Assembly (NCBI RefSeq): GCF_009834535.1
Contig: NC_045696.1
Coordinates: 51,400,001-51,464,000 of the forward strand
Length of the DNA: 64,000 nt
Direction of reading: 5' to 3'
From: Camelus ferus
Taxonomy: Eukaryota
Part shown: positions 14,201 to 25,400 of the stretch, piece after piece
Numbering within the stretch: the first letter of the stretch is position 1
Layout: each line of letters opens with the position of its first letter
Position numbers and translations under genes: made by a program
The notes under the pieces: model-generated
Databases searched by the model: none
Told to the model about the DNA's origin: nothing
The model's input: the letters and a program-made list of their open reading frames with translations, nothing else

Positions 14201-15960
14201 GCTTTATAGTGAGTTTTGAAATTGGGAAGTAAACATTCTCCAACTTAGTTCTTCTTTTCAAAATTATTTTGGCTACTCTGAATCTTTTGCATTTCTATAT
14301 AAATTTTATAGCCTGCTTATAAGTTTCTGGGAAAAAAGGAAGGTCGGTTTGACTTTTGGGAGGCATTGTATGAAATACATAGATCAATTTGGAGAAAATT
14401 GCCATCTTAATGATATTGAGTCTTCCAATCCAAGGCCATAGAATCTCTAATTCCTTGTTCTTTTAAATTTCTTTTTAAAATTTAAAAAAATTATTGAGAT
14501 GAAATTCACATAACATGAAATCAACTATTTTGAAGTGAGCAATTCAGTAGCATTTAGTACCTCTATCTATTATGCAACCACTACCTATATAGTTCCAAAA
14601 CATTTCCGTCACCCCTAAAGAAAACCATGTACCCATTAAGCAGTTACTTCCTATTCCCTCTCTTCCCACCCTTGGGAACCACCAGTCATCTTTCTGTCTC
14701 TATGGATTTACCTATTCTGGGTATTTCATATAAATGAAATCATAATATTTGACTTTTCTTGTCTGACTTCCTCCATTTATCATGTTTTTGAGGTTCACTC
14801 ACATTGTAACATGTATTGTTAATTTGTTCCTTTTTATGGCTGAATAATATTCATATATAGATATACCATAATTTATTTGTTGATTAATCAGTTGATGGAC
14901 ATTTGGCTTCTTTCTTAAATTTTGGCTATTATGAATAGTGCTACACTATGTACATTTCCATGCAAGTATTTGAACATTCATTTTCAATTTGGGGATATAT
15001 ACATAGGAATTGCTGGCTCATATAGCAATGCTATGCTTGACTTTTTGAGATAAAGATCTTTCTTCTTAAAGGAGGAACATGTCCACTATGGGATAAGAAT
15101 CCCATTAAGCTTTAAGTTATAGCTTCCACCTAGTCATCTGGAGCTCCTTGTGCCAGGAGGACCAACAGGTAAGTGATGGAGCATCCTGGCAATTATACTT
15201 GAATCATGATCATTAGAAGTTAGGGATGTTGTTACACAGTGGGAACAGGGAAGAATACACCTGCTATCTGGATAGAATCCATGGAGGTATCTCTTTGTAT
15301 TCCCTCACTTAATTTTAATGGTAATGGGGGAGTGCAGAACCTATAGCCTGAGAAAGTTACCATGTCCCTCAGGGTCATTGCAACAGGTAAGCCACCTAGA
15401 CCAGTAGGGTGTTAATCAATAGTGAAGGAAATGTAGAGTAGATAGTAGTAGGGGCGATGATGAGAATTGCTTTGGATTTGAAACCAGTTGCTGTGGCAGA
15501 AGTTATAGTCCATCCCCCTGAACTTCCATAGGAAGAGAGACCAACTAGAATCCTGAGGAAGCTGCTTCTAGAATTTATTATTATATGAAGAAAGTGAAGT
15601 GGAATGTCACAAAGGGTGAGCGGTAGTGGATGTTGTGGTGTGCCACTCAGATCCCTCTTCAGGACTGAGGAATGTGTTCCCCCAGTTGCTAGGAGTGTTA
15701 ACAGTCGAAAGCTTTCAACTGAAGAGCGAGTCCTTGCCTAAGTCCCGCCTCCTGCCCCAGAGGTAGCCCTCATCCAATTACTGGCTGGGGCTGTAAAGGC
15801 CCTGCCCTCTCCAGAACTCCCTGTAGTATCATCTGAGTTCTTTGTGTGACTGCATCACAGTTCAACTCCTCCCTCTGCTGATCCTGTCTTCAAGTATAGG
15901 TGTTGATCCTTAAGGCATGTCACATTAAACATAACCATTCAGGATGCAAATTTCTTTCTT
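11291..15960 (+). mobile_element. Degenerate ERVL-class provirus: LTR16-like LTRs (about 11291-11580 and 15622-15960) flanking internal pol/int remnants
   Basis: Both ends begin tagtggatg(c/t)tgt(t/g)g and share ccc-cttcag/cccccag motifs. A purine tract (aaagggtgag) precedes the 3' LTR, and ERVL-like internal phrases lie at 11590-13200 and 15065-15620. Confidence 0.6.
13210..15050 (-). mobile_element. Two L1 (L1MA/MB-like) 3' fragments nested in the ERVL internal region
   Basis: Antisense L1 3'UTR text (tttattgagg, gatggacatttg, ttttggctattatgaata, ccattttacattcccatcagcaa) occurs twice, with a second tail near 14465-14495. Confidence 0.85.
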
Positions 15961-17004
15961 AGAGTTTCAATATGGGTCATGAAAAATTGAATATTCCAAT
16001 CATGCAGAATAATGAGTCCACAGTTAAACAACATATAGAAGATTGAATTCCATTTTGGGGTCTCATATTTTAACAGAAATACTAATAACATGGCTACAAC
16101 CAGAGGAAAGCAACCAAGATGAACAGTGTAAGAACATGTAACTTGAAGTAGAGATACAGGGATTGAAACTTTGGAGAACTGTCTTAATCACACAAAGGCT
16201 GTCATTGAGAAGAAACAGAGGAGAGAATAGGGACCAAGAGGTAGATTTTATAAGAGGGTGAATTTTGGTTTGAAGGAGGGAGGAATTTTCTAAAGGATGA
16301 TTTGTCATATGTCTTGGGAAGAAGTGAGCTAACTCCTTATTACAGTTGGGTGATTGTAGATCAGAGATGTTAGAGAGAATTTCTACAATAACTAATGGAT
16401 TGGACTAAAGTCCCCTCCAACTCACAAACCCCATAATTATACATTGTGGTGAATTTCAAACTTTTTAAGGGTCTTTACTATGGAGTCTTCTGGAGTCTGC
16501 TCAGATCACAATGCAAGAATCAATTCTGTCAGTTTTTCTTAAAGGGACCCTCCCCTTCACCTTAGTCAGTCTGAAGTGGTGCTGCATGGAGGGGGAGAGC
16601 CACATGATAGTTCCTCAGCTCTATTCCTCAATCCAGGGAGTTTCCTTTTGAATTCCTTTCTTTCTTTCTTTCCTTTTTTTAAGACACAGAGAAGCAACTG
16701 AGAATTGTCTTTGGACAGTTTTGATTTTCATTAATAAGCATGTTTGTAAGACTTTAGGGCTCAGAAGATAATTTATATCCTTCTAGAATTGTGTCTTGTC
16801 AGAGCTTAGAAATTCAGACTTATCACTTTTACTGTTAAGAAAGTTGAGCTCCAGGAAGTTTGCAGACTTGACTTGGGCCACTGAGAGGACTATATGCCGA
16901 GGTTGGAAACTGACCTCTTACATACTGAATGCCAGAGCTTTTGTACACTTCCCCAAGTCATCCAAGTTCCAAGTCCTCTTGCCTTTGGCGATCATGTTCA
17001 CCAT

Positions 17005-17455
17005 ATTTTATGGATTTATTTGTATTCCCACAAAAAGATATGTTGAAGTCTTAATCCCCCCAGAACCTGTCAATGTGATCTTATTTAAAATAGGGTCACT
17101 GCAGACGTACTCAAGTTAACATGAGGTTATGCTGGATTGGGGTGAGACCTAACTCAGTGATTTATAAGAAGAGGGAAATTGGGCCTGGACACACAAGACA
17201 GAACCCCGTATGAAGATGGAAGCAGAGACTGGAGTTATGCTGTCAAGCTAAGAAACACCAAGGGTTGCTGGCAGCCACCAGAAACAAGGAAGAGGCAAAA
17301 AAAAGATTTTTCCTTACCGGCTTCAGAGATAGTATGGCCCTGCCAACACCTTGATTTTGGGCTCCAGCTCCTGGAACTGTGAAAAAATAGAGTTCTCTTG
17401 TTTTAAGTCACCCAGTTTGTGGTAATTTGTTACAGTAGCCCCATGAAACTAGAGC
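17005..17455 (+). mobile_element. MLT1B/C-type MaLR LTR
   Basis: aaaagatatgttgaagtc.taa.cccc ... ggccctgccaacaccttgattttgg ... cccagtttgtggtaatttgttacag. Confidence 0.85.
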
Positions 17456-18348
17456 ACCAGATCCAATGCTCTTGTCTCAGGCAGGAAAAGATGGAGTAAA
17501 GGCTCAGAGATCATGAGGAACGAAGATGGAGAGTCTTGAGGAATAGATGTGTTCTGCTCCTTTCTCCTAGCCCGGGGAGGAACAGAGGTCTGGAGGTCGC
17601 TTTAGCAAGCCAGCATCTGCCGTCAGTCTGGTGTTAGATCACGCCACACTCGGGCACTTGGCTGTGTGAGCAAGGAAGAGTGCCCTGTTAGGGACTCTCC
17701 AATTGCTTAACAATCTGACTACAAATTCAGCCAAGTATCCTGGGCACATGTAGGGAATAAAAAAGACAAGAGAAAAATCAGATTTCATGTGGGAGGCTGT
17801 ACAGACTGTGCCTAATAACTTAAGACAATTAGAGAATCAGCAAAGAGAGAGCAAGGTGGGCTGTGAACCAGTTAGTTGTTGCTTAGGGGGAAATAATAAT
17901 ATCAATGATAATAATCTCTTATATTTGTTAGAGCTATTATAGTTGACAAAACACTTCTAATATTAGCCATTTAATCTTTAAATGGTCTATGGGGAAGGCC
18001 TTCAGGTCACCATTATATTAATGAGGAAGTTGAGGCGCATGGAGGTTAAACACTTGCCCAAGGTCGCTTGTCCCTGCCTGCACTCCAGTCTTCGAATCAT
18101 TTCTGTCCGTCGTTTTTCCCAAAAGGGGGTCAGAGCCATCTTGGACGCAGCCCAGCTCTCTCTCTAGGGCACATCCTCAGAGGCCTACGGCCGTCTCTCC
18201 TCTCCTCCCAGTACCCAGCAAACTGCACCGCAGGCACTTGATGCACGACGGAGGAGGCTGGGCGATTAACTGAGGTGAGGGTAGGCGGAGCAAGAGGTCT
18301 TGCTCCTGGCGCACACTCCCAGGTTCCACCTCTTCCGGTGTGTGTGCT

Positions 18349-18387
<39 letters not shown>
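18349..18387. repeat. (CCGGAG)6.5 hexanucleotide microsatellite in a small CpG-rich patch
   Basis: Six perfect ccggag units plus ccg, read directly. Confidence 0.95.
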
Positions 18388-20269
18388 ACACTGGCATCAC
18401 CCTCGACTGAGTCTCTATGTCAGGAGGTAGTCATGGAAACTCACTCCCTTTCTAAGCTGATGAGGAGAGAATTAGGTAGAAAGGAGGAATCAAGTTAATT
18501 GCCTGTCATCTCCTCTCTGCTCTCTGTGTGTTGATTCAAATTAAGCTTTTTCAGTTTTCTGATGTCAGCAGGTACCATATGAACGGAGCGCAGGTCTTGG
18601 GAGTCAGGACCTCCAGGAAACAGCGAGTTCTCAGCGAATCCTTTAACCATTCTGCTTCTTTGTTTAGTTCTGACCCAAGCATTCAGGAAGACAAATCTCT
18701 TCACCTGACCTCTCTTGATTTCTGACCCAAACTCTCTGAACTGCCTTAATTTTAACAATCTTTAACTCTACAGCCGCTCAACTAGCCATTTCTCCTCTTG
18801 TAGAGAAAAGAGCAGAGACTTCAAATCGAATTCTGCGTCTGTTAAAATTCACTGTAGCTCAGAGAGAAGTAAAGTGAGTCAATAATAAATGTTCTGCCAT
18901 GTGTGTTGCCCACATGCAGGGAAGCAGAAGATCTTGAGATCTTCTGCCAGAGGTGTCACCACCAGCTCAGCTGCCACATGAGCAGAGCTGGAGGAGGTCT
19001 CCAAAGATAAGGCCCTTTCATTCCCTGTCCTGTCCTGTCCCTAGGGTCTCGTCTCTACAGCCAGATGGGGTTATTTGAGATTCCTTGCATATTCCTTGCT
19101 TGTTCTTTTCCTTAGCTTTTCAGAAGTTTTCTCTGCCTGGAACACTCTTCCTACTTTTTAATTATGTCTCAACTCTGACAATACATACCTGGGAAGCCTT
19201 CTCAAGGCTGAATACGGAATTCCAAACGTCATGAATCCCTTTATTGTAGACAACAAATAGGTCATCACTGCAACCAGGATTTCATCCTCCCCACTGGACT
19301 ATGAACTTCTCAAAGCAAGGACTATGTCTTCCTTGACCATGTTGCCCAGCACCAAGCACCATGCTTGGCGCATACAAAGTAATCAATCAACATTTATTGA
19401 GTAAGAGATTGATTTAGTTAATGAGTAATGAATAGAATATTTTTTTAGGATGGCGTCCTAGAAGAAGGAAATATTTACGTAAGGTCTTGAGTTGAATGTT
19501 GGTTGTAATCTACTTGAGTTTCCCTACTATTTGCATTTCACCCAAATAGTATGTGGGCTGCTGTGAGGTGTCTTTGGGCTCCAGACCTGGTTTGCCCCAA
19601 GAACTCTGCTCTGCTTTATTCAGGCCAACATCTCTCCTGGGATTTTTGGCCATACTGGCTCTCAATGTAGCACGCTCTGAGGTTAAGAATGTGGTTCATG
19701 GTGGGAAGTAGAGGTAGAGAGGACAGAATGCAGAATCCCAGGATGAAGAGGCCGAAGTGAGTGTTTGGGATTCCCCTAGGAGGATCTTCCAGGATCAGAA
19801 GGGAATTCTGGGAAGGAGATGTTGTCTAGGGGAAAAGTGCCTCTCAGTTTAATTATGAAGGTGACAATATGACTTTCTCCTTGTATCTGTATAGAGTGTA
19901 TAGTTTTCATGGGGCTCTCAGGGAGTGCGGTGAAGTAGAAAGAGCACTGAACTAGGATTCAGCAGATTTGAGTACTTGTCTGTCATTAAGCAGCTGTGGG
20001 ACAATTCTGGACCTCTGCTTCCTTTTCTGTAATTGAAGGAGAGGGTGGAATCAAATAGTCCCTCAGGTCTGTTCCATGATTCTGTGGAAGTAGACTTTGG
20101 GTGTTCCGTGTGACTGTTTCAGAAGTTGGACTTGGCAGTGGAGTGAGAGTAATGCCTTGGGCTGGGTTCTTCAGAAAGTCTAAGGTGGAGGTGGGTGGGG
20201 CAGGGTGAGGCTCTCTCAGGGATTTTTTTGTTCCATCTTTTTCTCACCACCCCTTTACCCCTCTGGTGG

Positions 20270-20445
20270 GAGGTGATGTGTCATAGTGTTTAATTTATGA
20301 GCTTGGGAATCAGGCAGATGCACACTTGACTCCCAGCTCTGCCACTTACTGACTGTGTGACCTGAGGCAAATTTCTTAACCTCACCCTGCCCCAGTTTCC
20401 TCATCTGTAAAATGATTATCTCCCTAAAGTTATCATAAGGGTTGA
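20270..20445. mobile_element. MIR SINE (one of many; others near 830-930, 40270-40460, 56400-56580, 60630-60800 and 63640-63870)
   Basis: MIR core cccagctctgccacttactgactgtgtgacct...cagtttcctcatctgtaaaatg. Confidence 0.85.
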
Positions 20446-22287
20446 ATTTGCTATCATTCTTCCTCACAAATATATTAATACCTATGCTGTTTATACCTCT
20501 CTCTTTGAAACTCTGATTTTGACATGAAATTCTGTAAGCTTTCACCCCACTGTCCCACCCGTTTGCTGTTTATTTTGCATGGAAAAACTTAGGTATCACG
20601 TACTTTTACTTCTTCTGATATTCAGTTGTCTCCATCTCCAGTTCTACTTGTACATTAAACCTATTAAGCTAGATGGTACCAGGTACAAAAACTAGTGGGC
20701 AGACAGCATTGTTATAGACAGTAACTTTTAAAAATTTTGGCATTGAAAGCGTTCAGGAGTAACAGTAGCTGACTCACTAAGGAGTATGTATTTCCTTCTA
20801 ATAAATACTTAAGGGTTAGAGGAATGGGGCAAGGGAAGCCTTGGATTCCATATAAAGTTCCTGTGCATTCTGAGATTTTCATAGCATTGCAGCAAGTATC
20901 TATCATGCCTATGCACTAACAGGTCTTCACAGTAAATTTACTGAAGTTCAGGATGATAACATTTCATAAATTATCCACAAATTGTATCTTGATTCTGCAA
21001 TCAATAAGAAATAGCTTCTATAGGTGAAAGGAAAAAAAAATGGTAAGAATATTCAAGTTCCTCACAGATGCAATTTTGAACGACATTAGCATGTTACTTC
21101 TATTATACCTTTCATCTCAGTTGTTGGAGTGATGATGTTTAGGATCTGTACTAGGACTTTACAAAGACTGTCCCAGTGATGGCTTTGGACTGCTACTCCG
21201 CCTGGTGTCCTTTGTTCTGAGGTCCCCTGGCCATCTAGGTGAGTCCCCACCACCTTTCAACAAGTAAATGGCCAAACACAGGAGAAGGTGGTGGGCTCCT
21301 TGCGGGCAGGAGCTGTGTTATTGATTGTCATATATTCAGAGCCTGGGAGGTGAAGAGCATTTTATAGACACTTAATACTCAATGGGCTTCAGGGTCTGAA
21401 AGTAATGGATCTCTGTTAAGCAGGAGACGGAGATGCCTGAGTAGGAAAACCTTACAGTGCTATGAAAAGCGTGTCTAAAGCACATCCTGAACCACAAGGT
21501 TCAACAGTGGTGCTACAGTGGGAATTGTCATTGCTTTTTCACTTCATATCCCCATATTGCATTACTGTGGAGTTTAAACTCTGAGAGTAAGGGGATGGAA
21601 TCAAAGGGGCTTCTTAGCTAGAGCTAAAATACAGGGGGAGTAAGGTTAGAAATGAAGCACAGGTCCTAATGTGGGACCATGTCTTCCTCAGGGTGACGAA
21701 TTTCTCTCACCAAAGGTAACCAATCAGATTCTATAGAAAGACAGAAGCCCTGGCCTTGCAGTTATATTTCAGGATAGAGTGAAGGAAAGCAATGACCAAA
21801 GGGAGTGAGCCCACGAAAATACAAGGTTAGCCTGACAGTTAATTAGAAGTTTGAAGGAAGAGAGACTGGCTGTTCTGCAAGATGGTTTACTGCCTGCGTT
21901 TTCAAGGACCCCTGGCAACTGGAGAGTTATGAGATCTGTTCCTTTTTCCTTCACTGCAATGAATCATGCCTCTGATGACAATCGTGTGTGTGTGTGTGGA
22001 GTCGTGTTCTATCAGCTTCTCTCTGAATTATTGCTTATCACTCAGGGGCCCCCCAACCACTTGAAGATTGCCAGGATGACATTCAGAGTTGAGCTGGGAA
22101 GGTAAGCCATTCTGTTCTGGAGGACGCGGTTGGTTACACCTGCCACTCAGGGATGTCCTGGCTCCAGGAATCTTCTCGCTGCCACATGCCAGAGGACATC
22201 GTATAGTCGTTCTGAGCAGGCCCTGGCAGTGGCCCAGTGGCCTGGCAGCGAGAGGTGGGCACAGGGAGTGTTCTGTCCTCTCCTCCT

Positions 22288-22484
22288 TCAGCAAGACAGG
22301 ATCTTGAGGAAGGCTTTGCGGAACTCGACATTGAAGGTGGTATAGATCACGGGGTTGAGGGCGCTGTTCACGTAGCCCAGCCACGTTGTGGCACTGTAAA
22401 GCTCCGGGGACACATGGCATGCTTGGCAATGCGTATTGAGAACGTGGGTCAAGAAGAAAGGCAGCCAGCAGACAATGAAGGTCC
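22288..22484 (-). CDS. DRD3: DRD3 last coding exon (197 nt, TM6-TM7-helix 8, stop TGA)
   Basis: Acceptor tttgcaacgtag|GG; encodes [64 protein letters not shown]. Confidence 0.98.
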
Positions 22485-25400
22485 CTACGTTGCAAAGGAC
22501 AAGAAAAACTGGGTAAGGGGTTTGCTTACTCCCTCTGTTGTAACATAAAAATGAGTCACAGCTGTCTCCTTTGTGGCAGCCACTATGCTGGAAGTTTTAA
22601 TACCCTTTTAATTTTCACACCAACTCTATGAAGTAGGTGTGATTAGTAACTTTTTTTTTTGGATGAGAAAACTACTTGCTAACGTCTTTGACTCTTCCCA
22701 GGCCTTTGCTCCTAAATCAATTTTCTAGTTTGATCTCTAGATAGTTCTTTACTAGTTTTTTTCTACTTCTCAATTCAATTCAAATATTTATTTAATGTCT
22801 GTCCGTACATGACATAAGCCTAGGCGCTCACGGGATAGAGAAGCAGACCTTAAAGGCACAATTGACACAGTTAGGTCTGCTGAGATTAACATAGGGGCTC
22901 CCTAGATGTGAGAAGTCCCTGAGATAGGAGAAGTTTGCAGCTCTTCAGTGACAATGAGCAGTGACAATGAAAGTCAGTGAACTGCCTTCACTAACTCCAT
23001 GGTACCTGTGACCTTCCAATTTTTTGTTTCTTTATTTAAATAAAGTTGGTATTTTTCTACTATAAAAACTAGCACTGATTTTATACATTATGGAAAACTT
23101 GGTAAATGTGGAAAAATAGAGAAAAGCAAAATAATCACCCACCACCCAAAGACAATCAATCACTTTGACATCTTAGTGAATTAATTTTCAGTCTTTTTTC
23201 CTCTGTATTTAAAATAATCTCGATGTTATAATGCCATATGACAGTAGTTTTTTGTACTCTCTGTTTTTTCACTTTATATTTGAAAATAGGTAAGCATTTA
23301 GTAAATATCCAATATGTGCCAGACACTTCTATTGAATCATTATTTATTGTTTGATTTATTCATTATAATTCCAAGTGATACACAAAATCTACAGCTCAAT
23401 TAGGTGATATGTTTGGTTTCATAAATTTCAGTTTAGGTCTTTTGAATTTCCATCAGAGTTAACATTTACACACAAACTCCTTTCATTTATATTATAAACA
23501 TTTATCATTAAGTACAATCATTGGATTTCCAATTTCTGTCAAAAATGGTTACCTTAGTATCCTCTGCCAGCTCCACTAAACTCAGTCTAACCCATCAAAA
23601 TCCAACCCATCCCAACTTCACCTGACTCAAACTCACCGAGTACGATGACCAGCATCTGGGTGGCCTTCTTCTCCCGAAGTGGCATTCCCCGAGGTTGTAA
23701 GGGCCCCAGCTTCAGGGATGTCGACAACCTGCCGTTACTGAGTTTTCGAACCTCTAAGCTGAGCTTGGGTGCCATGGTGGGGCTGAGGGAGTTCCGAGTC
23801 CTCCCCTCCCTTTTCAACTCTCCTTCCCCTTCTTGGAAGCCTGGTCTTCCCAAGGCAGTATCTTGGCAGATGCTGTAGTAACGTTTCAGCTCCATGTGTG
23901 TCCTGCCAGGGGAGAGGGGCTGCAGGTGTAACAAGAGAGAGTCCTGACATTTCTGGGGATATTGTTTGTCTTCTGACTGTTCCTGAAAGGGAAACAGAAT
24001 ACAAAGAAGGAAGAAAAAAACATCATTGTGTGAAACCTACCGACAGTACATCTGAGAGTGGTGGGCTCGTGGGAAGTTAAGGTGAAAAAAATCTGCTTCT
24101 GTCTTTACAGCTAAAAAGTGTCTACCACATATAGAACATTTGAGAATCACAACAATCCCTTGGGGAGGGTAGCACAGAATTATAGCCTGGCCTTTTTGAT
24201 TTGGAATGACCTGGGTAGACGGAGGAACATATTAAATGACACCCCTGGGATATAAACAGAAAAATCTGAATGTGGAAAACTACAAAACAAATTACTCAGC
24301 TTCTTCAACAAGTGAGTTGCAATGACAACACCACCACCATTTACCAGGTGCAAAGGGTGGGTCCTTTTTAAATTTGGTTCAAATAAACCAACTATAAAAA
24401 ATTTACAAGACAATTGGGGAAATCTGAACATTGGATATTCAGTGATACTAGGGAATTGTAATATTTTTGTGTGTGTGTGTGATATCTTGTGGTTAAGTGT
24501 TTTTATAAAAGAGCCTATATTCTTTAGAGGGTTTTACAGAAATATTTTTGGCTGAAATGTTATGTTTGAGATCTGCTTTATAACAATCCAATAGGGGTGT
24601 GTGACATAGGTGGGAGTGTCAGTTGAAGTAAGATGGGCCATGAGTTGACAATTGCTGAAGCTGGCTGATGGCTATTGAAGGATTAGTTATATTTATCTTT
24701 CTATTTTTTTATTTTTGAAATTTTCAATAATAAAAAATATAAAAAAGTAGGATTTTGGTCTCAGCTTCCTACTTAGTGGACACATCCTTGGGGAAGTTTA
24801 ATTAACTTTCAATTAACAGAGACATTTAATTAATGTCCCTGAGCCTCATTTGTAAAACAAAAAAGAAATGAAAATAAGTGGATTGGGATGAGTAGACTGA
24901 GAGTAGAAACTGAAGACATGCGGCTGTTTCCGGTGTTTTGGGAGGATGCATGTGTGCTCAGCCTCTGAACTTCATCCCGTGTTTGAAGAGTCAGATGCTG
25001 TGTCAATCTTGGGTAGAAGGTAGGATTCCCCAGCACCCTTACTGAAGCCATAAAAGCCAGATACTCGCTCTCCGCGACCTCCCCATCGGGCAGCTAGAAC
25101 TCTGGTACATGAACCAAGCCCAGCCAGTCGGAGACTTGCACCTACGACCATGAACTGGAGCACAGGAAGCAGGGAGACTTCAGAATTCACTGAGCAGTGG
25201 TGACAGTCAGTGTCCAGCGTCCCAGGTATTCTACGCAGAGTCTTCCCTGGGTGTGAACAGAATCTTGTGAAGCTGTCCTTCAGCCTTCTCACTGAGTCTG
25301 AGCGCCTTGATATCCTCCCAGTAAATTCCCTTTTTGCATAAGTTAGTCAGTGTCAGCAACCAAAACCCTCATTAGTCTCTCTTTAGTTCAAGGAACCATA

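Noticed and set aside
20569..20574. AATAAA on the minus strand about 1.7 kb past the stop as the DRD3 poly(A) signal
   Set aside because: Plausible but not distinguishable from closer variant hexamers (e.g. AGTAAA near 20937) without 3'-end data.
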